A stretch of 61,654 nucleotides of DNA, filler included, from Bipalium vagum (taxonomy: Eukaryota): assembly GCA_037834085.1 (NCBI GenBank). It is 3 parts of 3 records of this genome, joined end to end, with 100 filler letters (N's around TTAATTAATTAA, not from the genome) between each part and the next. Parts side by side here need not be neighbours in the genome. Positions count along the whole stretch, not along the records: positions 22,420 to 45,280 come from JBBMKC010215693.1; 2 more parts are not named here. One strand, 5' to 3'. The number at the start of each line of letters is the position of its first letter. Within the stretch, counting starts at the first letter, position 1. The notes beneath the pieces were generated by a model that was given only the letters and a program-made list of their open reading frames with translations, did no database searches and was not told where the DNA came from. Shown here piece after piece: positions 24,491 through 38,800 of the stretch. The position numbers were made by a program, and so were the translations under genes.

Positions 24491-25859
24491 ATTTACCAAT
24501 TCTATTTTTATTGGTAATTGATAGATATTGGTTATCTCAAAGAACCCTTCAACTCATAAAATTTGGAGTGTTGACATATGCATGTGTATCATGAGGACGG
24601 CCACGAATCAAAATCCTTTGGACCGGAACTAATTTTATTAAAAAGCGGTTTATAATTTTATAAACTTAGCTTCAGAATTATAATAATAATTAAGAATAAT
24701 AATAATTAACTATTCCCCCTGCAACAGGTCTTCAACGATTTATAATATCACTTTCCAAAGAAAGTACCAGTGCTACTCGCCATCTGTCAATCAGCCGCCT
24801 ATTCGGTCGTTGTCCGGGGTCATTTGTGCGAGAAATCCTTCGAATGGTCAGGACAAGTAAGGAATTGGTAAAGAAAGAAAAAGAAGTGTAAAGGAGCACG
24901 AAAGGGAAAATCGCAATTTAACCGAAATTTAAATTTTTATGTCGATTTATCCCACCAAAGAAATCACAAAAACAATTTTGAGAGTCAAAAGTCGCTCCTT
25001 TATGCTTTTTAAGAATTTTCTGCTGTTTGTCAGCGAATCGTTGATGAACCGAAAACGTGGAACGGAAGACGTCCGATAATTATTGACTGAATCAACAGGA
25101 ATGACAGTGTGCACTTAACCTTCAGTGGATTTCAAAATAATGGAATAGTGTTTTGTTTAGTGACGAATCTACATTTACTAGTGAAAATGCGTTCGTTTTC
25201 CTAATGAGGAATTTTCACAGAAGTGTATTTTGACGATAACTGGATCAAACTATATTAAAATATGATATCAAGTATTTTAACTTAACTTACCTTAACTTTT
25301 AGACCTCAAACTTTTAAACAATGCTTTCTACAGTAAAACATTATAAAATTTGAGAATTAGACAAACCGTTCTTTTATGCAGATTTATCCAAATTATCACA
25401 TTATAAACTATTTAAAATTGAATCTCTTAATCCTTATTCAAAATATAGGTTGAAGTATAAGCTCGCCCTAGTTGCTACTTTATCAGGTTTGCTTATGAGG
25501 TTGAGTTTATCAATTTCCATTTCCAATTTCATTTATTTTCTAAATCTCATTTTGTGATTCTTTTGCTTTTTGAACAGCTGTTGAATTTCCTCCTATATAA
25601 ATCAATAACTGTTAGAATTATTTTATAAGATTTTTCTCCTGATACAAATGTTAGTCTGCTGACCAAATATCATTTTTATTAAAAACTTTAACTTTAAGAT
25701 ACTGTTTAGGGGTTTTTAAGTTCTTTTGAAGTTCATTTGTGAATTTTTTCGTTCTCATGGTAAACACTCAGTAAATAAAACCTTACCTTTCAACGGCATA
25801 GCCACATCTAGAGCAACCTTGTACTTCATAATTAATTCTTAACCTTTTTTAAAGACAAA

Positions 25860-26130
25860 GTTTTTATTTTCAAGACCACAATGCTCCATGCTACAGGAGA
25901 ATTGTTTAGAATGAGTATTCAGAGATTGGACTGGCCCGCCTAGTCACCCGCTCTTAATCCTATCGAAAATCTGTTGCAAAGTGCTGGGAATAATATTTCT
26001 AAAAGGAAACCAAAGAATAAAAAAGATTTAAGTGAAGAATTATGTAATGCTTGGTAACATAGAACCGGAACTGAAAAAATTAAGTAGATTCAATGCAGAA
26101 ACGATGTAAATTAGTAAATATTAAAATATG
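25860..26130 (+). mobile_element. Tc1 transposase C-terminal remnant
   Basis: FQDHNAPC..LDWPA*SPALNPIENL..RKPKNKKDLSEELCNAW. Confidence 0.8.
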
Positions 26131-26298
26131 TTATTAAAATATGTTATTTTTCTATATTATTGTGAAAATCATTTTCAAAAACGAAATTTGTGTTTGTCCT
26201 GCATGTTATAAATAAAGCATATATTGAAGATATTGTGTTCCTATTATTTTAGCAAACTTTATCCGGGTACAAATTGTTATTATTTTTTTCCTTTATTA

Positions 26299-26450
26299 CA
26301 GTAGATGTCGTTTATAGAGAACCTGGTGTAAGAGAACAAAATCGGGTATAGAGAACCTGCTTAAAGAGAACAAAATCGGGTATAGAGAACTTTTTGGTTC
26401 AAAAATGGCATTTTCCCCAAATTTTCAGTGTAAAAGTTCTCTTTATGTAT
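26299..26450 (+). mobile_element. pogo/Tigger-type terminus with a 32-bp subterminal tandem repeat
   Basis: TA|CAGTAGATGTCGTTTATAGAGAAC followed by two copies of AGAGAACAAAATCGGGTATAGAGAAC. Confidence 0.55.
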
Positions 26451-26459
26451 AGTATGTGA

Positions 26460-27570
26460 AGGGTGCCTTGTAAAGTTTTCTACAATATTGTCCCAAAAAT
26501 TGTTCTAATGTTAAAATTTTTATTTTTCTTGTAGTGATCCAAGACTTTTTACCACCACTGTAAACCTATTCCCTGATATTGTTTTCGGCAACGGCCACAC
26601 GACGTCCATCGCTACCATTTCCATCGGTACTGCAGGTGTTGTAATTGGCTTAAGTGGGACTTTGGTTTTAACTCCTGTTCCTCTGTGTGTTTGACAAATC
26701 TTACAAGGCTAACACCAATTACTGATATCTTACTCCATTTTTGGGCTAAAAATATTTCCGTGATATTCTCGATAATGTTTTCTAGCTGACAAATTGCCTT
26801 CTAATGCTCCATAGTGGTCCTACATCATTATTTTCTGTTCTCAATGGGTACTACAAAAAATGTCTCCTGATCTATCTAAAATATAATATGCCTCTCTTTA
26901 TTTTAAATTTGTCCTTTACCTTTTCCAAATTCTTTTTCCAATCCTCTGAAATATTTCCTTCAATGCACTTCTTGATTAGTTCTATTTCCTCATCCGCCTT
27001 TTCATCACTTTCTCTTTTTTTCACCATATTCACTCTTCTGATTGTAGCTGACAACGTATCCTCTTCTTCACCGAATTGAGTATCTTCACCTGGATAATTC
27101 CCCTTGTCTCATCTTGGATAAAGTATCGGCGTTTGCATTGGCATTCCCTTTTCGATACAGGATTTCTATATCATATTCCTGTAATATTAAGGCCCGTCGG
27201 AGAAGTCTAGCGCCGTATCTCTATTTTTCAATAGCCAAAAATAGTGTCTGAGATTTTTCACTGCAAATACTACCTTCCAGCATAAAAATAGTGGCCGATG
27301 CTACATATCGCTCCTCATTTTCCCAGATAACTGATAGCTCATTTGTGCATTCTTCAGCTCTCCTTCACTAGACGTGTACTACTGCACATTTATAGTTGTA
27401 TATAACTTCCCCCATCATTCTGGCAAACACCCCTTGGTCTGGTAAAAGCGTAGGCGCTACTAGCTATGGATTGCTGATTATCATAACAATCCTCGTCCTC
27501 AATAACTCCCGATTTATCTTACAATCATTACCTACCACCTCGTGACACATTTCCTTCATCGACTGATGTT
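26460..27570 (-). mobile_element. Ty3/gypsy RNase H-integrase remnant
   Basis: KFKIKRGILYF and LEPITTPAVPMEMVAMDVVWPLPKTISGNRF. Confidence 0.8.
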
Positions 27571-30500
27571 AATTAGATTTGCCCATTGTAATTTCCAGGT
27601 TGCTTATTTGGTCCACGTGTCTTACAGATATCCTTTTTTACATATCTGCATAAACTAATTGATGGGTTTCTTGTTATTTTCATAATTTTCCGTACATTTT
27701 GAGCGAAACGTAATCCAACTTCCTTTGCAGCTTGAGTTTTTTCCGCCAAACTTTTCATTTAATTGCTAAAATTTAAAACCACACATGTCATGCACAAATA
27801 ACAAATAATTACATAACGTTTATTAAAATATTGGGAAATGCTCAATAATAATGGACTGTTTGGAAAATATGCTTTTATTTAAAATGTGGACTTTTAGACA
27901 ATCCTTATTTATATTATTTAAACAATTAATATTTCTGATATAAAGAGAGATGTATTACTTTGACGTAATGTACAATACCCAAAGAAAATCAAAAAAGTTT
28001 GGGGTCTATTCTCAAGGACTGACAATATCTACTACGGACAGTGTCGAAACTTTAATCAAACATCGCTTCTTCTTCACAACCTTACACTCTTTTCAGAATA
28101 TTTCTTCACATCTCTTTAACATTTTATCCTTCATACCTAAATTATCAAAATATTACCAAAAGGTTTTAGAGTTCCTTGTTCATCTGGAAACTGAAACGAA
28201 ACAGGTATTCCCTTTTATCGCTAGAATGAAAATATCGTTTCAAATGTCTTCTTAAATGGAAATTCTTTCGTTATTAAAAATCAATATCCTCGAAGTAATC
28301 AATAATTCACACACTGGAACATGTCACTTTCAGAAAGAATAAATAAAAAAAGAATATCAAAAACTCTCTTTGAAAATGAAGCAAATTTTATTTCTTTATT
28401 TATCTTTGCGCTGAGATCAAAGCCCTCACAAATATATCCAATATTCGCTGGACAAGCTTTACCTGTTTTTGAAGGTCCGATTAATATATACAATTTCTTC
28501 CCAAATGGTCCAATTGAATTTGATATTTATAATTATTTTCATTGGCTGAAATTTGGAAGGTCGCCGATAATAAAAAGAGCTGAAAGAAATTTAATTTAAG
28601 GAAACTATGAAAATAAAAGGGCTTATGAAGGAACTTTTATTACTACTTTTGGGAGATCAGCTTTGACGATCTGACGCGGACGTAAATATTTTGTGATGAA
28701 GAATGGTTCATGATATATTCCAAAAGAAAAAGAATATTCAATAGAGTTGACAACAAACGGATCCCGTTCCGAGTTCTATCAGGAAGTAAGATCAAACAAC
28801 TAAGTCATCTAATAAATAATATAAATAAAATACATTTTGATTTTGATTTTTCTGATCAAAATGATTAGGTATAAATGTGTCCAGATAACAGTATAAATAG
28901 GGAGCTGAAAGTCACAATTTGGTCTTTACAAAACTGAGACTTGGCTTATTATAACTAATTAGCTTGAGCAATATTCTTATCGATTTTATTGATCTCGTGT
29001 CAATAATTGAAAGAAAGTGTTTAGTAAAAAACGAGTTCATCGCAACTCTCACAAAAATGGTCAGTGAATTATTTTATTCTCACGTTTTAATCAATTTAAT
29101 TACGCAGAACGCGAATATAATTTCCCCTTTCTACTTTTATTTAATCACTTCCAGTTTCCTCTTTTTCTTTTGATTTCTCGTAATTACGGTCTGGTTAATT
29201 AGTTCTATTTTCGTATCTTCAGGGATTCTGCATTCATCCTAGTGCAGATTGATTGAGCACTTATTGAGAGAGCACTTCTTCAAGCCACAACTGGCACAAT
29301 TCTTTAAGAAAGGTATCCATTCATTATGTGTGTTACCTTTTGTGAGAGTGAGGATGTGTACAACTTATCCTAATCTGACTCCTTAAGGTAGTGTACCGAT
29401 CACAAATAGGGCAAACAAAACGATTTTTAAAACTTTTACTTTTAATACACTTTTTACAAATTTTTAAAAGGTTTTTCTTTTACTAAAATCAAAATGAAAA
29501 TATATTTTTATTTAAAGAAGATATTCAATCTAAACCAGGAAATGTGTAGATGCCCTGAAGTAAAATAAGGAATCTGATAACTTGTTTACCAAATCGTAAT
29601 TGCTAGAATAAAACAGAAAAAGAAGAATCCAGAAATTTAAATTGAACAAAAACAGAAACGTGAAATTATATTCGCGTTCTGTAAAGTTAATTAATTAAAG
29701 TGAATATAATAATTCACTTACACTTTAATTAGTATATTTCTTCCTGTCCAAAATGAGTTATGATAAACTCTATATAGTTATAATAAACTATTACTACATT
29801 TCAATTTTTATTTCTTAGTTATAATAAACTTAAAATTTTTGAAGGTGAATTTTTATGATCTTCCTTTCGGTATTTATACTAATTTTTATTATGTGTGCCA
29901 GGATTCCTACAATTATCATTGGTTTATTTTCAAATGATTTCATTTGTCCCCTTTTTCTCATTTGACGTCATCACGCATACCGCTGTAACCCTCCCCCCAA
30001 AATCATCTCTGACGTCATTTCCTATTTTTTTAAAAAAAATTTGTGTTATTATCATTTTTATTATTCCTACTATCAAATTCTATTATTATTATTACCATTC
30101 TTTATTTTATTTAACATGTATTATTATTATTTTTACCATTCTTATTATCAAATTCTATTAAATTTTATTATTATTATTAGTATTATTATTAGTATTATTA
30201 TTATCATTATTTTTTTATTTCATTTTTTATATGTAATATATTTATTTATTTATTTTTATTTTTTTTTTATTTTATCTTTATATATTATTACTCAATTAAT
30301 AATAATAATAACAATAATAAAAAAACTATAATAATTACAAACTCAAATAATATAATATTCATAATAATAATCACAGTCATAATAACTACAACAATCATTA
30401 TCCATCAATTCATGCTCCCATATCATATTTATCATATCATATCACCGCGCTCTCACTACTGATTTTCATTTTTTCGTTTTCACGCCTTTCTCATTCAAGT

Positions 30501-31699
30501 ATTTTATTTCATTTTATTATTATTATTAGTTAATTTAGTATTAAGTCTCAGACCCCACTCGACACTCCGACTCCGCCACCAACCCGATCCTGCTGCACGG
30601 CTCTGTGGATATGTTTATAGATTAGATATTCTTTTTATTATTATAATGATGAATATATTGTCGGTTGCTGTGTCATTTATCAGTTTTGATATTTTTTTTA
30701 AAACTCTATACGGATCTGACGATCAAATTTACTTTTTACTGATTTATTGATAGTGAAATTCATACTTAAAAATTTGAAGTTCCAAAAATATTGAAGAGAG
30801 AAATTATTATTGTTATCGATTAGTTTTTATTACCATTGTTCATTATTGTCCATCACTATTATTAATCTATATTATTTTATTTATTTAAAAAAAATTAATA
30901 TTAAATAAAATTTACTAATACAAATTCATAATACAATCAAAATAAAGAAAAGTCGTAAAATGTTCACTAATTAAATAAAATAAAAGTCATAACAATGTTT
31001 GATGAAACTGCAAGCCTTCCCCATAGATCCTCATCTTTTCCTCTTCTTAGTTGATGATTCTCACAATTCCATTGATTTTGGAGTAGCTGTCTGAATTTTT
31101 CAAATAGTCTTTGTCTTCACAGTTACACAGGTAATCTTTGAGCTCTCTTCGCTTATATTCTGCAATATTTTGTTTTGAGAATTTTTAAATTTATCTGAAT
31201 ATGGAAATTTAATAATGTTCTTATACAGTAAAATATCGTTACTATGCCACCCGTCGGGACCGTGCAAAAGTGGCATAGTAGCAAGGGTTTGTAAAAAAAG
31301 ACTTTATTTTTTGATTTCTTCAAAGGAATTAGAATTTTAATAAATTGATTGTAATTGAGGTTATCATATTATAAAAATTAGATTAGCTAAACCAAAAAAA
31401 TTTTTATTTGAAAAAACTTTCGATTATCTCTTTAAATTACCGAGCTTTGATAAGATGGTGATTAGATGGTTTCGTCAGTTGAGTTTAGATTTTAAAAGGT
31501 TGACAGGTTTTCAATTAGACCTTGGCAATCACTTTGCTTTGTCCTGATGTAAGATCACATTTTTTTTGTTTTACATTAAAATAATCGTGATATTTTGACC
31601 CATTCTCTCTAATGTTTGAGAAGAGAGTTTAACATTTATAGTTCAGATATTTTCAAACAGTTCAAAATAACCAGTGCCATGGACATCGCACCAAACAGA

Positions 31700-32843
31700 T
31701 TTTAATTCGTGGTCTGAAAAGTTTTGAAAATAGAATGATTAAAATAGAAATTATTGTTCAAAATTCACATTCTTTTTCCACAAAATTAATTTCAGCTCAA
31801 CATATTTAGTCCAACGAATTTCTCGCAATTGGCTACCTTAGTTGTAATGGGTTTCACCAAGAATTGTAAAATAACTAACTATGGCATCAGTTGCTTTTTG
31901 ATTGTCACAATAAAGCTTTCCAAATAGAATTTTTTTCCAGGTTCGGAAAAAGAGAGAAATCTGATGAAGCTTGATTGAGTGCTAAGGATGGGTGGTCAAT
32001 TAAGTCGTATTTCATTAAATTTTGTCATCGTCAAAAAGTTTTTTTTGTGAGAGCTACATTATTTCTTCGTGTTCACGAATTTTATCATCAAATTGATCTA
32101 AAATAGCTTACAAATTACTGAGATTTGATTGGTTTTTTCTTTCTCAAGGTAATTTATTAACAAAATTTCCTTTGCATCCTAAAGTACAAGTTCCATAACC
32201 TTCCTTGTTGAAAAAGTAGCCTGGCATTTTTGAGTACTTGAATTAGCTTCCATCCACTTTTAGATTGTGTTTTTGTCTCTTGGTCTGTAGTGGTGGATAC
32301 AGGTTTTATCTATAGTAACTAGACAGAGGATTAAACCAATTTTATTTTGCGTTTTTTTATCGATTTTTAGCATATGCGGTACCCATCTGCCACAAAGCTT
32401 TTTAACTTGAAATCTTCATGCAAAATAAGACAAACTCGTAACAATTAGAATATTTGTGACAGGTCCTATTTCTCTAATTTTTATCCGTCGATCATCCAAC
32501 ACCATATCGTGGTTTTCCTGAATTATTTGTGGATCTGTTACAGTTTTTGGAAGTCCACTATGTAGATCTTTTTCAGTTTTTATCTGATCACGTTGAAAGA
32601 GTTTTTTATTTAGTTTTAACACGTTCTAAGGATGATATATTTATGAAGAGTTTTATAATTTTTCAAATTTTTTTCAGATTAGAGCCCATATTCAAGAGAA
32701 ATAAATGTTAATCAGAATCACCTTAGGTCGAACATGGTAAATCAGAAGGTAGATAAAAATCTAAATTTTCTTCATTGTATAATGATGAGTTATTTTTTCT
32801 GTTTCTGTTTTAAACCTGATGCATTAATTTTGAACCCTTCTTA
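31700..32843 (-). mobile_element. mariner element remnant
   Basis: SGLPKTVT..VLDDRRIKIREI, KKLCGRWVPHML, VTIDKTCIHHYRPETKTQSKKW, SDFSLFPNL. TIR-like TAAGAAGGGTTCAAAATTAATGC at the 32843 end. Confidence 0.85.
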
Positions 32844-35800
32844 GACGGACAATAGCAGGTCTAAGTAAATTTTTATTTCTTTTATTAATGTCATTTAAAA
32901 CAATTTTCGATCAAAGCAAAAATTTGGACTAAATCAATACAAAGTTTTTCGTTTCGATATCCCATTAACACTTTACAAATAGAAATAAAATGAAAATATT
33001 TTCGTTGTATATAAAGTATTATATAATTTAATACGAAATTTTACGTAAAATAAAAATTTTTTATGAACCTCTATAAAATTTCACTATACTTATTAGCTTC
33101 ATATCGATTAAATCTTGAAAGAAAATATAAAGAAAAAAGAAATATAAAAACTGATTCAATTTTATTAAGCGAACCATCAGGAGAAATTTTTCATTGAATG
33201 GAAGATTAAAGCGAATACTTAATGGTTCTCTAAATAGAGACAAAATCCAAAACGAATCAATAACTCCATTGTATAAATTAGACAAAATGTTGAATTAAAT
33301 ACAATATACTTTTTAAAAATTAAATTTATAAAAATAATTTTAAAGATAAAAATAATACTTATATGAAAATGTTTTAAATACGAATTAGAATCAAAAGTTA
33401 ATGTGAAAATGTTGAAAAATAAAAAAAAATAATTTATAATATTTATCAATAATTTTTTCGAGGATCTCAATGAAACAAATATAATTTTTTATATAATTTT
33501 GCTAATGATCTAAATGAATTTTATCTAATACATAATTAAATAAATAAAATAACAATAATAAAATTATTTATCGATTTAAAATAATAAAATTGTGAGAAAC
33601 AATATTGATATTTTCTGGATTTCTCTGTCAAAAATTTCAAAAGTTAATATTCAAAATTATTTTAATTATATTTTAGTATTATTATATAACTGAGTTCTGC
33701 TTCAATCTAGAAATTGAAAAATATAAATAAAAATGATAAGTATTAAAACAAATCTTATTAATAGATAAAAAATTCAGCGAAAGTGTTATAGAAATCTGAG
33801 TAATTATGCTAAGGAAAGAGAAGAATTTATAAAACAAAAATAATACTTCATAGTCATATGCATTTGAGTAAATGAAGCTGAATTAAATAATTTAGACAAT
33901 CTTTTTTTCATTAATAAGTAGTATTCACGAGAATCAAGGTATTATGATATACTAAATTTTATTATTTTTTTTAATAATATAATTTTAAATTAATTATTAA
34001 AGAAATTAAATTTCTGCATTTAAATGTATATTTATAATTATATTAAATTATATTTTGGTATTTAAATCAAACATAAGGGCAATAAAAGAATATATTATGC
34101 TGATACGTAAATCCCATGGCGATCTTTAATCATCATGGAATAACTGGTTCCATTCCCTAACAGGAGGCGAGCAGATTAGTATCTCCGTAGAACTATAAAT
34201 TTTTAGTTTTAAATAAATGGTTCTTAATAAAAAATTAATTTTTTTATTAAAACATTATTAATTATTACTTTTTTGAATGATTCCTATCCTTTATTAATAC
34301 TAGGACTACTCGCGTTAAGAAAAATATTTTTAAAAATTCAAAGTTTGAGGTCATCAGTTATGGGAGGTCATTTTGTACTGTTACTTTAATATAGTGTAAC
34401 TTCCTGCTTTATACTTTTACTGACCCCTCAAATATAATTATTAACCTGTTCTTATACTCATGAATCAAAAAAACCACAATAAACTTTACTGTAAGAATTA
34501 AAACCACAATAATAACCGTTACCGCCAAAATAATCACACTAAACCTTCCTTTCAAAGCGAATCACAATAGCAATCACAATAAAATAATGTCTTTCAAAAA
34601 TTACAATAAAACAATTATTATAAGGTTTTGATTTTCAACCGAGGTTCCGCGAGGGCAAGCTAAGAGTTCCGCCAAAAGCAACGAAATTTCAGAATTGGTT
34701 GAAAAAAATCCTGAATAGTGATTTTATGGTGATATAAGTCATTCTTTAATCAGTTAAAATACATTATATTGTAAAATAAGCTCATTTTTATTCAATGTGG
34801 TTATATATATAGTTGGATCATACTGTTAATGGCAAAGAAAGACAAGAAAAAAACATACCAATAAAAATGAAATTAGTGTAGTAAGAACAGTTTTTTGATT
34901 ATGGTAATGTGACTTCTGAAAATTATTCAATTTGTAATAAATATAAAATATAAATTATAAATTACCCAGTTTCTCCATCTATTAAGTCGTTTCTCATTTG
35001 ATAAAATTAGTGTTGTTTATGTAAATGTTAAAATAAATTTATTTGAAAATTAAAAATAAAAAGGTGGTTCATAGAATTTAATTATTAACATTCAATAATT
35101 TTAAGATTTGCTAATTTGTTCAAATATCGCAGTACATTGCGATAAAATCCATTACGTCACAAATAAAATACTAATTCGATCTTTTAACTGATTCTGGTTT
35201 GTGCACTCATATTGTAGAAGAACTTTTACACTTTGCGAAAAAAATTCTGAATCTGATTTAAGAAAGACCATTAGGGTAGCAAGTACTAAGCACAACATGC
35301 TTCAAATTTCTATAATGATGAATACGTGTACAATCCATAATGTTGAGGTTTATACAGCCTCAACTTGCTTGTTAAAGTAAATTGAGGCTCACCAGCTTCT
35401 CTGAAGGAAGTGTATATAATAGGAGGGTGTAAGAAACTAAAATAACACTTTCTTTTTCTATTAATTATCGATATTTATTAATTAAATTATTCATTAATTT
35501 TTATTTTTACTATTTATCATTTATTTTTAATTCGTCTTTCGTACTTAAATTATTTTGCTACCTACCTTGGATAGTTTTATTTCTTTTTGTCTGATTTTAT
35601 GACTGAAAACAAGGGTTTATATAGTTTTGTTTTCAGTCTCTAACGATTTTAATTGGGTTATTTTACCAAAATCCTACTAATATTGTTAGCGATTATTTAT
35701 TTTAAGTAATGCCTAATTAGTTTTTATTTATTTTAAGTAAATTTATCTTTTTTACCTATTAATATTTTATGAATTTAATTAATTTATTAAAGAAACGTAA

Positions 35801-38800
35801 AAAAAGAATTTATTGTTTATTTTTTATTATTTTCATGCATATAATTCACCAAAGATAAAACAAAGCACAAATGTTATTGTTTTCAATTCAAAAATGATAA
35901 AAAATATCACATTAAAATACCAATGTTATATAATTGTTTTTTAAGACAAAGGATAATCTATGTGAAATCTATTGTGGTTGCGACCGTTGGCTTGGTTGTT
36001 AGGTTTGTCAATGCGGGTTTGGGAATGTTTTTTAGCAGATTAGGTGTATTCCATCAAGAATTAATTTAAATATTAATCTTGTTTCATTTGTCTTTTGACT
36101 CAGATAAACTTCAAAATATTCTCCATTAGCTGCACCATCATGTACCTTATGATATCATCATGATACCGTTCATAACTACTACAACATCATTTTTTTCTGC
36201 TTCTGGTTGTGCAATTGATGCAGTTTCACGAGCAGTCGATAGTACTCTTCCATCTTTTGGTTGTGCGCATACTTTTAGTTCAATTACATATAAAGACAGT
36301 AAGGATTCAGTTTTAGCAGTTTATTGAAAAGAATCTTGCAAAAAAAATTTATCGGAATAAAAGAACAAACCGAACATTTTTAATCTTTTAATGGAAATCA
36401 CGAAGACATGTCAACTATTGAAGTGGAAGCAGAAATTAAAAATTTTTTTGAACAGGTAAAGCTAAATCATTGAGAGTTTGTAGACAATTTTCATTTGTCC
36501 AATGTCTTTTATTTCCGAAGTCTACTTTTCTTCGTTATTTGGTTTTCTTGGCCTTGTACCTATAATAATTACATTTGTTCTTTTATAGCCCAAGAATGGT
36601 AGTGATTTCATCATTTCCAATAAAATTCTGAATTATTTTCTTCTGAACATTGCTCTTTCATAGGCAGTTAAAATCTCGAGAATAGCCAGAAGTTAAAATA
36701 GTTGAGTAAAGAATAAAGATAATAAAGCATATCAATAATTTTTCACGCTAAAAATACACGAAATAATTTCATTTATGTATAGGTACATTGTAATGTTACA
36801 ACGATCAAGATCTTTGATCATGATATTCGGGATGAGATTTTTGAGTTCCTTTTCATAGGTTCAACAACAGAGCAATGCATTTATTTTTATAAATCTCATT
36901 ATGTGAAAAAAACCCTTTATGGATGTTATTTTTGAAATAGGAAGCGGTTACCGATGTATTGATTCGACTCAATCAAGAATCTTTTTTTAATTTTTAACTA
37001 AATAAATATTGTCATTCAATACATTCTTAGGTCAAAAATATTATTAAACACATGTAATATTTTGTTAGAACTTCTATTGAAGTTAAAACAAAAGTTAAAT
37101 TGATCGTTGTTCTATTGAATTTTTTTAGTAATCTAAATTAAATATTGTCATTAGAAATATCATAAAGAACAAAGAGGGCACATTAACACCTAGAAAATTT
37201 TAATGACAATAACTCGATATTAAGCACACAAAATGAAATTATTTATTAAGAGATGTCACCACCGTCAAAAACTTTTCTGAATTAATATTTGTGCAAATTG
37301 TTTTCAATACAATCAATTCATATACCTACAAATCAACAAAACTGTATAAACTCCTCATCTTTATACTAATTTTCCTAACGCTGAACTCTCATTATTATGC
37401 TTGATAACACCCATAAAGCTTAAATAACCAATTCAGTCTTGAACCAGAAGCTCAGAAGGAAAATTTTCTCCCTGTCATCTTCAGGAAAAGAAGAATAAAA
37501 CATTCATTTATTGTTAAAATATATTTGCACTTTCGAAGAGTAAGTTTAACGTAAAGGGCAAGAGGAACATCTTTCTGAATGATAATACTATATTGGGTAA
37601 TTGTGAATATTTATAGTGAATATTGATCATTAAATGTTCTCAAGCTTTTTGAATAATAAGGTTCTTTAAAAAAATTAGTTTTGAATTCGTCTTAATAACA
37701 TAACATAATTAATGTCAAAATAACAATGGTGAAAACTTGTTCATGATTGATTTATAATAATCAATACATTTTTAAAACATAAAACTTAAATAAAAACCAA
37801 AATTAAAAAAATCATTTTAATTTATTAATTTTTGTTACAATATTTTAATTGTCAAAAAAAATTCATCTAAACAGAAAATTCTTTTTATATCTTAAAAAAA
37901 TACTTGATAAAAATTTTCTTTACACATTCCACAACGATATCTATAATAAAACAGTCGTCAAATTTTCCCCCCTTTTTATTGATACAATTAAACGTAATAA
38001 AATTTTAATTAATATATTTTAAAATCAAATTTTAATTAAAATGTTAAATTGACATCAACAAAGAAACTTACTATCTAGAGGAAAAATCTCTGGGTATATT
38101 AAGCATCAGAAGCTGGTTAAACAAGATTGTCATAGATGTCACTTCCAGTTAATTGCTTATAAAACAAGAAGTTAATTTGTTTTCGTCTTTTCATTTGATA
38201 AAACGGTTAGTTGAGATTTTCCTCAACGACAATAGGTTCTGGTTCGATTTAATCAAATGCTTCGTTCTGCACGAAAAGGTGCGGGGGTACCAAAATTGAT
38301 TAGATTTATCCCAACTGTAAATTCAGAATTTATTTTGTTCAATAATTTGATCAAAGTTTTCATAAAATCGACTTTATCGCGTTTTATTAAATATAAGGTA
38401 TTAACAACAAAATTTTTTTACATCGTTCATTTACATTTTTGCTTATTTACATTAATAAACAATTTTTTGTTTAAATTCGACTGTCATATTTTCTTATTCT
38501 TTAAAACAATCAAGAATTTTTTTTCGTTAATAAATGTTGACTGTTTAACTATACAATGATTTTATTATTTTATAACATTTAATTAAATTTGACACGAATT
38601 ATTTTTCATCTTTAATAAGCAATGAAAATTCTGCGAAATTTAAAACAGTCTCTAAGACTATTAAGCACAAATTCAGGAAAAATAAATTCTACAAAACCTC
38701 AGATAATTTTTTGAAGTAATTTAAAGCAATTAAAACAGTTTATAGTTTTCTCTTAAGGAAAATTAATCTAGAGAAACAAATGTCATCACTTTAATTATTT

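Noticed and set aside
26317-26390. Spaced repeats resembling a CRISPR array
   Set aside because: Two tandem 32-bp units without unique spacers, beside a pogo TIR, in eukaryotic DNA with no cas genes.
29209-29222. Minimal hammerhead-like CTGAAGA-TAC-GAAA on the minus strand
   Set aside because: There is no stem II, no convincing stems I/III or cleavage triplet, and it is not conserved in the inverted copy.
29895-30331. Hydrophobic ORFs that look like membrane proteins
   Set aside because: They are translations of (TTA)-rich low-complexity DNA.
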